The notes under the pieces: generated by a model
The model's input: the letters and a program-made list of their open reading frames with translations, nothing else
Database searches by the model: none
Told to the model about the DNA's origin: nothing
Made by a program: the position numbers and the translations under genes
Origin: a virus
Taxonomy: Duplodnaviria > Caudoviricetes
Strand: one strand, 5' to 3'
Virus record (IMG/VR): IMGVR_UViG_3300031841_002004
Location: 1-56,383 of that record
Length of the DNA: 56,383 bases
Shown: one piece after another, positions 37,474 to 46,247 of the stretch
How positions within the stretch are numbered: the first letter of the stretch is position 1
Layout of the letters: every line of letters starts with the position of its first letter

Positions 37474-38367
37474 ATGAGTTATCATGTCGCCACCATTGTT
37501 CAGCCGGGAAGCAACAACACCAAGATAAAGCACGGCTCTATCGAAAGTGTTCGTAGTTGCGGTATCTCTCTCGCGGCTAGTGATGATTCTGGGATCAACG
37601 TCTGTCCAAAGGCGTTCCCCAAATCACGCATAGTCAAGATGCGAGCAGATGGTTTCACCTGGGAAGATATTGTTGAGGCTGCAAAACGCCTTAATCTTTC
37701 CACATGCTCCATTGCTTGTGTCACCAGTGAGGCTGGTCACGGTAGGTTCGACAATGTTCGCAACCCTCGTGCTAATCTTACTCGCTGGTATGTCGAAAAC
37801 CGCGAAGAGTTCAAGCAGCATTGCTTGGCTGAACTGTGGCGTGAGCATGGCAGGCTCAAGGCTAACCAACTGTTAGCCTGTCGGCCTAACATAGACTCAG
37901 ATGTCCCTTGGGAACGCACGTTCCCAGAGATGTTTGATGTTCCGTGTAGCTTCTGGGATTACACCAAGGTGTCAAAGCGTCTTGGCAAGACTCCCGATAA
38001 CTATCATCTGACTTACTCAGTCAGTGATGCAACTACTGCTGATGATTGGCAGCGAGTGTATGACACTAACAGCCCAATCGCAGTTGTGTTCGATAGTACT
38101 TGGCAGCCGGGAGGCAAGGCTGAGTACCGCAAGTTTGGTGCGTTGCCAACTTGGTATACCGACCCTAACGGCTATCGATGGCAAGTCCTCGATGGTGACC
38201 GTTCGGACTTCCGGTTTCTTGATCCAAAGCGACCAGTATGCATTGGTCTCCGGCTCAAGGGTATGACGTTTGGCAAGTACATTGCCCGCATATCAGGGTT
38301 CGCGATGCAGTTGCCTAGGCGGCTGCGAAGCATGCTGACCAATACTCACCCAGCAGTAGCTGCATAG
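37474..38367 (+). CDS. Phage gp88-like protein
   Basis: CP.A...C...C...AG.G, RPN..SD..WE, F.DYTK, NYHLTYS, AVVF, DGD.SD.RFLDP and GL..KG motifs; AAGGAGGT RBS. Confidence 0.75.
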   Translation: MSYHVATIVQPGSNNTKIKHGSIESVRSCGISLAASDDSGINVCPKAFPKSRIVKMRADGFTWEDIVEAAKRLNLSTCSIACVTSEAGHGRFDNVRNPRANLTRWYVENREEFKQHCLAELWREHGRLKANQLLACRPNIDSDVPWERTFPEMFDVPCSFWDYTKVSKRLGKTPDNYHLTYSVSDATTADDWQRVYDTNSPIAVVFDSTWQPGGKAEYRKFGALPTWYTDPNGYRWQVLDGDRSDFRFLDPKRPVCIGLRLKGMTFGKYIARISGFAMQLPRRLRSMLTNTHPAVAA

Positions 38368-38378
38368 GAGGTGCAAAG

Positions 38379-38744
38379 GTGAAAACATACGGCTACATGG
38401 TGCTGTTTTCATACCGCCATGAAGGTGCGATAGGCTTGCCAAGCAAATGCTTTGTGCGAGTGTGTAGCAAGCGTAAACGTCTTGAGCTTTCCACCATTGA
38501 AAGGATTGCTCAAGAGTTGTGGCAGTCTTACGTCCTAGCCAAAAACGCTCTTCGTGACGAGTTCTATCACGGGCGAGGCATTGAGGCTTTTCTGCCAATC
38601 CAAATAAATTCAAAGGATGTCGTGGGATGCAAGAAGCATATACCAGACGACGAACCTTTCGTTGCGTACTTCGATGGTATCGAACTGATACCGGGGCAAG
38701 GTGACATCACTCCATGTGCGGAATGGCCCATGTGGAGCGATTAG
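38379..38744 (+). CDS. Hypothetical early protein
   Basis: AGGAGG RBS; GTG start. Confidence 0.6.
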   Translation: MKTYGYMVLFSYRHEGAIGLPSKCFVRVCSKRKRLELSTIERIAQELWQSYVLAKNALRDEFYHGRGIEAFLPIQINSKDVVGCKKHIPDDEPFVAYFDGIELIPGQGDITPCAEWPMWSD

Positions 38745-38761
38745 AAAGGAAGCAGGTACAC

Positions 38762-39079
38762 ATGAAACTAGCTGAATGGGCTAGTCAGGTAGATGATATT
38801 AACACCATCTGGAGAGCGGACTTTGTTCGCGAACTACCACCTACCACTAGCTACTCAGAGAACGATAGGTTCTGCCAAGTCTTCTCAGTCTTTGGTACAG
38901 CAGAACGTAAGGCACTGTCAGAATTAGAGGACTACAGCCTGATGAACGTGCAGTACTGGTCTGATGAAATGCTTGGCTCTGACTACGACATGCAATCTAG
39001 ACCAGCCCTGTTTAGTTTTCAACGCAAACAAAAACCAGATAGGAACAAAGCAACACCTTGGAAACTAAGGAGTAGATGA
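38762..39079 (+). CDS. Hypothetical early protein
   Basis: Start re-called at MKLAEW. Confidence 0.55.
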   Translation: MKLAEWASQVDDINTIWRADFVRELPPTTSYSENDRFCQVFSVFGTAERKALSELEDYSLMNVQYWSDEMLGSDYDMQSRPALFSFQRKQKPDRNKATPWKLRSR

Positions 39080-39270
39080 TGAGTTACGCAGTCGAGGTGA
39101 CGCATGCTGCCTGGAGAGCTTTAGTGCCTAGGGATGCAGTGTGCGTAGACGTTGAACACGGCGAGTGTTACAGGAAAACTTTTTTCTGTGTTCATGATGT
39201 CAGGGTTTTCTACATGGAGAACTTTGTGTCTTGCGTGACACAGTACTACGTCATGGACATCAACTTGTAG
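39076..39270 (+). CDS. Hypothetical early protein
   Basis: AAGGAG RBS; ATGA overlap. Confidence 0.55.
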   Translation: MMSYAVEVTHAAWRALVPRDAVCVDVEHGECYRKTFFCVHDVRVFYMENFVSCVTQYYVMDINL

Positions 39271-39276
39271 AAGGAG

Positions 39277-39504
39277 ATGCAGATGCTGACTGACTACTAT
39301 GTGACCTGCAATATATGCGGCACAGATAAAATGATATCTGTCAAGCCGGAGGATGTCCGTGCTTGGATGGATGGTAAACTGATTCAGGATGCCATGCCTT
39401 ACTTAGATAAAGCAGACCGTGAACTTCTTGTATCACGCACTTGCGGAGAGTGCTGGCATGAGATGTTCGGAATAGAGGAGGAGGAGGATGCCGAACTGGT
39501 GTAG
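39277..39504 (+). CDS. Small zinc-binding protein
   Basis: CxxC...LIQDAMPYL...DRELL.S..CxxCW motif. Confidence 0.65.
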   Translation: MQMLTDYYVTCNICGTDKMISVKPEDVRAWMDGKLIQDAMPYLDKADRELLVSRTCGECWHEMFGIEEEEDAELV

Positions 39505-39976
39505 TTGTACTGTGGAGATAACCCACAAAGACCCAGAGAAGGTGAAGGAATTTAAAGAAGCCTTCATGCGTAAAGATATTGCCAACCATTTTCTACCTGA
39601 ACCTGATTGGATGAAAACCCCAAACGATAAAGGTGAACTGCCCACGGTAAGAGAAATTGGTGAATGGAAAATCCCGTTCTTCGGTATGGATCAGGACATG
39701 CGGTTCCGAGACTGGCGTGACAAACACTGGGGATCACATAAGTTCCTGTTTGATATTGAAGGTGATGGGCTTGAGATAGATGACATCGAAAACGAAGACG
39801 TTAAAGGTGTCTACGTCCACTTCATGTCTGCATGGAATCCGCCTGTCGAACTGTTCAAACATCTTGAAACACTAGGCTTTGAATATATGATGGAGTGCTA
39901 CGAGCCTGACAATGGTATAGACGAGACCCACATGTCAGAGTACTGGCTTCCAAAGGATCAGGTAGACCCTACCTAG
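39488..39976 (+). CDS. YubB/Api92-like ferredoxin-fold protein (DUF1281-like)
   Basis: MPNWC start; W...HWG, F.SAW.PP and YEP motifs. Confidence 0.7.
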   Translation: MPNWCSCTVEITHKDPEKVKEFKEAFMRKDIANHFLPEPDWMKTPNDKGELPTVREIGEWKIPFFGMDQDMRFRDWRDKHWGSHKFLFDIEGDGLEIDDIENEDVKGVYVHFMSAWNPPVELFKHLETLGFEYMMECYEPDNGIDETHMSEYWLPKDQVDPT

Positions 39977-39979
39977 TAC

Positions 39980-40075
39980 AAGCCAGCCCACGGATGTTCT
40001 CATGTCCGTTCGTCTGTGTTTTAGTAGTGTTTAATACAGATGTCAGTAGGTTTTCCTACTGGGGCTGGTTTTATT
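39980..40075 (+). ncRNA. Candidate four-way-junction RNA ending in a U tract
   Basis: 10-bp closing stem plus hairpins of 8, 10 and 7 bp, with several G-U pairs. Confidence 0.6.
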
Positions 40076-40103
40076 CTTCCCTCTTTTTTCTATGGAGGAG
40101 CGT

Positions 40104-40616
40104 ATGATTTTACCGGCTCTGTATGTCCGTGCGCCTTGGGCAAACCTCATTGCGTCAGGGACTAAGTCAATTGAGACAAGACACTACCCACCACCGGACT
40201 ACGTCATTGGTGAATGGGTAGCAATCGTACAGCCAAGGTGCAGAGGCAATCCAAAAGCCTCTGTTCGTTGTCTCGCATACTTCAGTGGCTCTTATCAATA
40301 CCGTGATAAAGAACAGTGGGCCAAGGAATTGACATCACATCGAGTCAAAGACTGTGACCCAGACTTCGGATGGCAAGAAAGCAAACCGAAGTATGCCTGG
40401 AAAATCCACATGGTGGCAGATGTCCATGACACATGGTACTGGAAGGTACGTAATGGTGGTCGAGTATGGACACAGGTTCAAGTCGGATTCAGACAGTTCC
40501 TCGAAACAACAGGAGGTTATGGAACATGTTCAGAGTTACAATCTTTACAGATAACGAAGCATTCACCCACGACGACGAAGTTAGCAGAGTCTTGCGTGGC
40601 TTGGCTCGAAAGGTAG
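40104..40616 (+). CDS. ASCH-domain protein
   Basis: L.VR.PWA.LI..G.K.IETR signature and YAW motif. Confidence 0.85.
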   Translation: MILPALYVRAPWANLIASGTKSIETRHYPPPDYVIGEWVAIVQPRCRGNPKASVRCLAYFSGSYQYRDKEQWAKELTSHRVKDCDPDFGWQESKPKYAWKIHMVADVHDTWYWKVRNGGRVWTQVQVGFRQFLETTGGYGTCSELQSLQITKHSPTTTKLAESCVAWLER

Positions 40617-40717
40617 AGGAGTTCCCTGCGGAGTCATTCAGTGGAACGCTGCGTGATATCAATGGAAACTTCTGCGGTACGTATGAGTACAGTGAGAGGG
40701 TGAGCGTAGAAGAGTAG
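40526..40717 (+). CDS. Small hypothetical protein
   Basis: F.VTI.TDNEAF...LRDINGN.CG pattern; AGGAGG RBS. Confidence 0.6.
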   Translation: MFRVTIFTDNEAFTHDDEVSRVLRGLARKVEEFPAESFSGTLRDINGNFCGTYEYSERVSVEE

Positions 40718-40721
40718 TACT

Positions 40722-40748
40722 ACCCAGCCAGTGTCGGCTGGGTTTTTT
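40722..40748 (+). terminator. Rho-independent terminator
   Basis: acccagcc-agtgtc-ggctgggt hairpin followed by a T run. Confidence 0.8.
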
Positions 40749-40806
40749 CGTGTCGGTTTTCATGGTGTACAGATGTATACTTAACCCTAACAAACAAAGG
40801 AAAAAC

Positions 40807-41277
40807 ATGGCAAAACCAGACGACTTCAACGGCATCCCCGGATGCAGTTGGGTTACCAGAAACGGTAACCGTGTGTACGGGAAAATCATTCGCGTAAACG
40901 CACGTACTGTGACATGCGAGGTAGTGAAATCAGACGAGCCGCATGATGGACGAAACAAGTTCTACACAGGCAATAAATACTATGTGAACTACAGCATCTT
41001 GCGTCCTGAGCGCACGCTCCCTGTGCAAAAGCAGACAGGCAAGCCTTACCCGATTGGCCTGACCATCGCTGACATTCGGTGGGCCACGAAAGAGGACTTA
41101 GAACAGTTTGGTTTCGATGAAGGGTATGCATATCCCAACCCACCGCAAGTGCTAGTCCTGTCTGACGGCACTTGTCTTATGCCATCGCGAGACCCTGAGT
41201 GCAACGGCACTGGTTTCATGCTGACCACTCACGGCAGCGGCTGGCTCGAAGTAAACGAGAGAGGAGAGAGCGTATGA
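40807..41277 (+). CDS. Hypothetical protein, possibly two small domains
   Basis: AAGGA RBS; C-terminal L.DGT.L.PSRDPE.NG.G motif. Confidence 0.6.
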   Translation: MAKPDDFNGIPGCSWVTRNGNRVYGKIIRVNARTVTCEVVKSDEPHDGRNKFYTGNKYYVNYSILRPERTLPVQKQTGKPYPIGLTIADIRWATKEDLEQFGFDEGYAYPNPPQVLVLSDGTCLMPSRDPECNGTGFMLTTHGSGWLEVNERGESV

Positions 41278-42419
41278 GATATGCCTCTGTCTGTGATGGA
41301 ATCGGTGCGGCACATGCTGCATGGGGGCCATTGGGATGGGAGTGTGCTTGGACTAGTGAGGTTGATCCGTTTCCAGCGGACGTTGTTAAGCAACGGTATG
41401 GACATGACAACCTTGGAGACATGTTGTCTATAACAGAAAGGCAGATAGATGAGCGAGGTACAATCGACCTTCTTGCCGGAGGAACGCCATGTCAATCATT
41501 CAGTATCGCAAACACAAAGCGACAAGGATTGGGTGACCATCGTGGCAACTTGGCCCTCCGATTTGTACAGCTTGCTGGATACTGCAAGCCCAAATGGATT
41601 GTCTGGGAAAACGTCCCCGGTGTCCTCAGTTGTAACAACGGACACGACTTTGGAACCTTCCTCAAAGGGTTGGTTGACTGCGGGTATTCTCTCGCCTACA
41701 GAGTCATGGACGCACAGCACTACGGAGTCCCCCAACGTAGGCGTAGAGTCTTCGTTGTCGGAAGTCTTGGAGGGTGGCGAAGTCCCGCAGCGGTACTACT
41801 TGAGCAGCAAAGCGTCCAGCGGAATCCTAAGAAGAGCGCAAAACCGTGGCAAGAAATTGCCATCCCAACTGAAGGAAGCGTTGGAAGTAGTAGCGAAGCG
41901 CGAGGAGTAATCGCACCTGAAGTTAGCGACACTATCACGCAACGATATAGCAAAGGGACACGCAGCCGAGATGGTCTAGTCGTATGTCCTGAAGTAGCAA
42001 ACTGTTTAACTCGTCGGATGTACAAGGGTATCAACACCACACTCGACGAGGGCCAGACCCCGATAGTCATGCCCCAGGCATACACGAAGAAGCATCGTGC
42101 TGCCTCGGCTGATGACTATGAATCGTGGGAAGCAAGTGAAGTATCACCAACCCTGAATGTCTTTGACACAGGTGACACTCGTGCGACCACTGTCATACCA
42201 AAAGAAACGGGAGTCCGAAGACTAACTCCCCGCGAGTGCGAGCGTCTTCAAGGATTCCCTGACGACCACACAGCAATCGTATTCAACGGCAAGCAAGCCA
42301 GCGATACACGCAGATACAAAGCATTAGGTAACTCATGGGCTGTGCCTGTGGCCCAGTGGATAGGCAGGCGAATTGAAATGGTAGAGGAGGTAAACAAATG
42401 CCATACGTCCGAAGCATAG
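41274..42419 (+). CDS. C5 cytosine DNA methyltransferase
   Basis: Motif I CDGIG, catalytic GGTPCQSFS, WENVPG, PQRRRRVF, RRLTPRECERLQGFPD and ALGNS. Confidence 0.95.
   Translation: MRYASVCDGIGAAHAAWGPLGWECAWTSEVDPFPADVVKQRYGHDNLGDMLSITERQIDERGTIDLLAGGTPCQSFSIANTKRQGLGDHRGNLALRFVQLAGYCKPKWIVWENVPGVLSCNNGHDFGTFLKGLVDCGYSLAYRVMDAQHYGVPQRRRRVFVVGSLGGWRSPAAVLLEQQSVQRNPKKSAKPWQEIAIPTEGSVGSSSEARGVIAPEVSDTITQRYSKGTRSRDGLVVCPEVANCLTRRMYKGINTTLDEGQTPIVMPQAYTKKHRAASADDYESWEASEVSPTLNVFDTGDTRATTVIPKETGVRRLTPRECERLQGFPDDHTAIVFNGKQASDTRRYKALGNSWAVPVAQWIGRRIEMVEEVNKCHTSEA
41449..41910 (+). CDS. Nested out-of-frame gene resembling the M.EcoHK31I beta polypeptide
   Basis: 153-aa ORF in the +1 frame inside the methyltransferase gene, with AAAGG upstream; SSLSEVLE..VPQRYYLS.KA..GILRRA..RGK.LP..L..AL motif. 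Confidence 0.7.
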   Translation: MSEVQSTFLPEERHVNHSVSQTQSDKDWVTIVATWPSDLYSLLDTASPNGLSGKTSPVSSVVTTDTTLEPSSKGWLTAGILSPTESWTHSTTESPNVGVESSLSEVLEGGEVPQRYYLSSKASSGILRRAQNRGKKLPSQLKEALEVVAKREE

Positions 42420-42646
42420 AGGTCAGCAAGATACAAGAGATAGCTACGCACCTCATGCATCTAGCAGATGTCCTCCAAGAGGAACACGTTAAGCCTGACT
42501 TCTATTACAGGCAAGTTGGCAAAGAGGAACCCAACATTATGGAACAAGAAAAGTGCGAGGCTGCATGGGACGAGATGTCTGCCCAGTGCAGTGACTACGG
42601 ACGGTTCTTGCAAAGAGTTATAGACGAAAACCTTACTACTTGGTGA
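42398..42646 (+). CDS. Hypothetical protein
   Basis: GGAGG RBS. Confidence 0.55.
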   Translation: MPYVRSIEVSKIQEIATHLMHLADVLQEEHVKPDFYYRQVGKEEPNIMEQEKCEAAWDEMSAQCSDYGRFLQRVIDENLTTW

Positions 42647-42662
42647 CAAAGGAGGAAAGGAA

Positions 42663-43448
42663 ATGGTTGAAACACCTGATGATTTCGATAAGCCAGAATG
42701 CGTTCTTCGTATTCTTCGTGAGGGAGTCAACGGACTGTCCGTTGTCTACAAAAAATTCATAGTTACTGATGAAGACATTGAAAGTGGCTTCGTAAAAGAA
42801 ACAACAAAAAACGCATCGGAAGTTGAGCCAGGTGATAGCCTGCATCCTATCCTCGACTACGAAAGAGGAGAAGCGATTAATGCTTGCAACATACCTAACA
42901 AGGAAGCCTTGGAACTACTCTTGTCTCCTGCGGCATTGAGCTGGGGGGAACTACAGCAGGCCGAAAAGTTTTCTGTCTCGTTAGATGCTAACTACTTGTG
43001 CATGTACAGGTACGAAGAGTACGACAAAGTTGACCCGAACCTTCTGCCCAAGGACGACGACCGGGAGAACTACAGGCTTGCATGCGACGAGTACAACATC
43101 ACCGCTAAAGAAGTTGACGACGACAGACCGTTCGCGGTCAAGAGGTTTCAGCCTGCGTCATATGCGGAGGCTCGACTGCGACACGGCCCTCTAATTGATG
43201 GGCTGTACGGCAAGCCGGGAGACTTAGTGTTTGAAGCATACAGGGAAGAGGGCGACATGGAAGACAGGAAGCCGTGGTGGATTGTGGAATGGCAACCAGA
43301 CAACGGCGAAGTCTTTGCCTGCGTCAATGCTACCGGAGACATCATGCTTGTTGACGCTGAAAGCCTGACTCGAAACTGGCGTGGGAAGGATGACGCTGAC
43401 GCATACAACGAGGATTGGGAGACAGGAGAGGAGGAGGATGATGAATAA
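42663..43448 (+). CDS. Acidic hypothetical protein, 261 aa
   Basis: AGGAGG RBS; long ORF. Confidence 0.65.
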   Translation: MVETPDDFDKPECVLRILREGVNGLSVVYKKFIVTDEDIESGFVKETTKNASEVEPGDSLHPILDYERGEAINACNIPNKEALELLLSPAALSWGELQQAEKFSVSLDANYLCMYRYEEYDKVDPNLLPKDDDRENYRLACDEYNITAKEVDDDRPFAVKRFQPASYAEARLRHGPLIDGLYGKPGDLVFEAYREEGDMEDRKPWWIVEWQPDNGEVFACVNATGDIMLVDAESLTRNWRGKDDADAYNEDWETGEEEDDE

Positions 43449-43623
43449 ATATTGGCAGCAAATTCACTCTGAATATGCACGGCTAAAACAGTGGTATCTA
43501 GAAGCAGATGCCTACGAGTCCAACAGCAATGGAGACCCTTTATACGCTGCCCACAAGGCTCTTTATGAAATAAGAAAACAAATTGCTTATGACCGATGGT
43601 ACGACAAGGAAATGGCAGACTAA
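43438..43623 (+). CDS. Small hypothetical protein
   Basis: GGAGGAGG RBS. Confidence 0.5.
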   Translation: MMNKYWQQIHSEYARLKQWYLEADAYESNSNGDPLYAAHKALYEIRKQIAYDRWYDKEMAD

Positions 43624-43667
43624 ACAACAGGGAGAGTACGAGGACTTCAACGAAAAGGAGGAGGAGG

Positions 43668-43871
43668 ATGATTACGTTTGTGATTAAAGAAGACGAGATG
43701 TTTCAAGTTAGTACCAACGGTGAGCCAGCACCGTGCCAGGTAGAAGTTCATGACTATACATATTGTCCGTATGAACTTGCTGACTCTGGCGAGGAAGAGG
43801 AGATACTTAGGACTGACAAGAACGGAGACAACTACTGTGTTCTGACCATCAAGAAAGGAGACATCTTCTAA
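43668..43871 (+). CDS. Small hypothetical protein
   Basis: GGAGGAGG RBS. Confidence 0.55.
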   Translation: MITFVIKEDEMFQVSTNGEPAPCQVEVHDYTYCPYELADSGEEEEILRTDKNGDNYCVLTIKKGDIF

Positions 43872-44098
43872 TGACTAATTATCGCGTAATCGTAATATCA
43901 CGGCTCGATGATGTGCCTTGCGAGTTTCGCAGGTTCAAAACTAAATCTGATGCGGAACAGGCGTTAGAGGTTTGTAAGGATACGATACCAGAACTTATCG
44001 CAGAAGTTTCAGAGATGCGAGAAGACGACGCGAGTACTCTGGACAAAGAGCCAATTACGTTTGACGAGTGGTGCTACGAGGAGGTGAGTGATGGGTAA
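43871..44098 (+). CDS. Small hypothetical protein
   Basis: TAATG coupling; AAGGAG RBS. Confidence 0.55.
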   Translation: MTNYRVIVISRLDDVPCEFRRFKTKSDAEQALEVCKDTIPELIAEVSEMREDDASTLDKEPITFDEWCYEEVSDG

Positions 44099-44312
44099 GA
44101 GAAGGACAGGAGGCTTCAACAAGAAGCGTAAGTGTAGATACTACGCACCGAGCCAAATGGTTGGTGCTGGTTACAAGTCGAAGAGACTAGTCGTAGAGTT
44201 TAATGGTCGGGCAGTGCGGTTACCGCTCGACAGAATAGACCCGAGTCTTGCGATGAAGAAGGAGGTGAGTGATGCGGAAGAGGAGAACGGAAATCATTCC
44301 ATACACAATTGA
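44088..44312 (+). CDS. Small basic hypothetical protein
   Basis: GGAGGTGA RBS. Confidence 0.5.
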   Translation: MMGKRRTGGFNKKRKCRYYAPSQMVGAGYKSKRLVVEFNGRAVRLPLDRIDPSLAMKKEVSDAEEENGNHSIHN

Positions 44313-44487
44313 TTTACTGAGTATGAATGAAGTTGCAAAATCAATGGATGTCCCGCGAACAAAGGCTATCGAAATAGTCAGTGATGCTGCTGCTAATCGC
44401 GAGATTGAAATCTACAGAAACGGAAGGATGGAAGTCTACGTTTCCATCGCAGACTTCAACAAACTTGAGCGACCGAGACCAGTGTAG
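44269..44487 (+). CDS. Small putative HTH / excisionase-like protein
   Basis: LLSMNEVAKSMDV.R pattern; GGAGGTGA RBS. Confidence 0.45.
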   Translation: MMRKRRTEIIPYTIDLLSMNEVAKSMDVPRTKAIEIVSDAAANREIEIYRNGRMEVYVSIADFNKLERPRPV

Positions 44488-44620
44488 AACGCCTCCCGTA
44501 ACGGTTGTCCTGATCAAACAACTGCCAAGGGCGTGGTTCTACTCCAGATACTGTCAGGTCTGGGTGTGACGGCACATGCCGTTCAAATAGGGATGGAACG
44601 TAAAAGTCCCGCTGGTTTTT
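44476..44620 (+). ncRNA. Candidate multibranch RNA element closed by a stem plus U tract
   Basis: agaccagtg/cgctggttt closing stem enclosing four hairpins. Confidence 0.45.
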
Positions 44621-44639
44621 CTTTAACTAAAGGAGGTGA

Positions 44640-44825
44640 GTGATGAATAAGTTTATTCCATACTATTTCGTTCGTATGACTGAAGAACAGATTAGAAGTC
44701 TCGGTTCTCAGTTGACGCAACCATCAACTGAATGGGGTGACCCAATGGAACGATTGAGATTGGTGTATGACTTGCGTTCGATTCTCAGAAACATAGAGGA
44801 GGGAGTTGATGTCAGCGATAGTTAA
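44640..44825 (+). CDS. Small hypothetical protein
   Basis: AAGGAGGTGA RBS. Confidence 0.55.
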   Translation: MMNKFIPYYFVRMTEEQIRSLGSQLTQPSTEWGDPMERLRLVYDLRSILRNIEEGVDVSDS

Positions 44826-44980
44826 GTCAGCTTTGATTGCCAGTACCTTGTGGTCTGGTTGTACGATTGTTCCTAATAAGAACACTATCACTATGAATAA
44901 AACCATAGAGTTAGATGAGCGAGCATTGGAGGATGTCAACGTAGGCATCCGATTAGAGTGGATTCGATAAGGAGGAACTT

Positions 44981-45421
44981 ATGCAGCACAGTACCGACAC
45001 ACTTAGCCTGTTGTCGTTGTTAGAAACGCGAGCATTCAGCAAGCGACTCAAGAAGATTCGATGGGACTCTGTTCTCAAGTCAGTGCAAGAGCTGGGCAGG
45101 ATATCTTGGAAGAAAGATACCGACCCCAGTAAAATTGCTTTGCTAGTCAACCAGTTATACAATGCCATGACTCCAGAGTTATTCACTGAGTTGATTGGCG
45201 TTGACGAGAAGCCGTTAGCTATCAAGCAGACACTGCCTAGCGGCAAGACTTTTACCAAAAGATTCAGCGGTGATTGGGCAGAGCTTTGCACTTCACCTGT
45301 TTCACTCGACGAGTCTGACTATCCCCCAGGCTCATGGCCCTTGTGGTTTAACGGTACATCTACTGTGTTCTTTGAATACGACACAGGCCGCATAGCCATT
45401 GAGAATAAGGAGGATAAGTAA
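44981..45421 (+). CDS. Hypothetical protein
   Basis: AAGGAGG RBS. Confidence 0.6.
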   Translation: MQHSTDTLSLLSLLETRAFSKRLKKIRWDSVLKSVQELGRISWKKDTDPSKIALLVNQLYNAMTPELFTELIGVDEKPLAIKQTLPSGKTFTKRFSGDWAELCTSPVSLDESDYPPGSWPLWFNGTSTVFFEYDTGRIAIENKEDK

Positions 45422-45491
45422 TGGTCTTGTTAGAGTGCATTGTTAGCGGAGTGGTTCTTATTACTGTAATCGTATGGGCAGGGAGTGACTA

Positions 45492-46247
45492 ATGATTTAC
45501 GGATACGCAAGGGTTTCAACAGGCAAGGAAGACCAAGAGAAGTCGATACCTAACCAGGTTGCAGCAATAGAAGAGTTAGCTGATACCATCGACGATTCTT
45601 TTGGTGGTGTCTTCGTTGACGATGGCGTGTCAGCCTACAAGGTTGAGTTACGAGACAGACCTAATGGCAGGAGACTGCATGACAAACTGGAGCGTGGGGA
45701 TACTGTAATCGCCACGGACTACGACAGACTGTGGCGAATTGAGAATGACAGAGAATGCTGCAAGGATTCATGGAACAACCTAGGCGTTACGCTGCACATC
45801 GTTGGTCAAGCTCCACAGAAACCAAGGCCCCGCATCACTGCTGACGAGATGCTGCTTGAGAAAATCGAGGGTGTCATGCCGCAATACCAAAGCCACAAGC
45901 ATGGCGACAAGGTATGGAATTGTCACAGAAGGTATCGCAAGAACAAGAAACCGTATGCAGCCATGCGTCCTTGGGGATGGAAGAGCAATGGCAAAGGTGA
46001 TTGGGTAGAGAACAGTAAGGAACGAGAAGTTGCAGAGCGAATCACTTTCCTGCGGGACGACCAGGGTTTGTCTTGGAGGAAAATTGCGAACACGCTTTTC
46101 CTGGCAAGGATTCGCAAGCCTGTGACCCAGAAGAATTCTTCGGGCAGGTACTGGCCCAGCGATTGCCGGAGTCTTTACCGGGCATCGGAAGACGGATATC
46201 CAATTTCTCCGCAAGCTCCTTCATCAATCGTCGATTCTTCATCGTAA
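45492..46247 (+). CDS. Serine recombinase (resolvase family)
   Basis: IYGYARVST catalytic motif, Q, D.GVSA, RP, GDTVI...DRL.R and a C-terminal P.GW...HTH-like region. Confidence 0.9.
   Translation: MIYGYARVSTGKEDQEKSIPNQVAAIEELADTIDDSFGGVFVDDGVSAYKVELRDRPNGRRLHDKLERGDTVIATDYDRLWRIENDRECCKDSWNNLGVTLHIVGQAPQKPRPRITADEMLLEKIEGVMPQYQSHKHGDKVWNCHRRYRKNKKPYAAMRPWGWKSNGKGDWVENSKEREVAERITFLRDDQGLSWRKIANTLFLARIRKPVTQKNSSGRYWPSDCRSLYRASEDGYPISPQAPSSIVDSSS

Noticed and set aside
34290-37590. Apparent absence of GATC over about 3.3 kb, considered as restriction avoidance in first-entering DNA
   Set aside because: GATC looks sparse across the whole window, with gaps of similar size elsewhere, so this gap is not distinctive.
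39980-40075. Cloverleaf considered as a tRNA gene
   Set aside because: No GG D-loop, no TTCRA T-loop, no 7-nt anticodon loop and no CCA; stem lengths do not fit.
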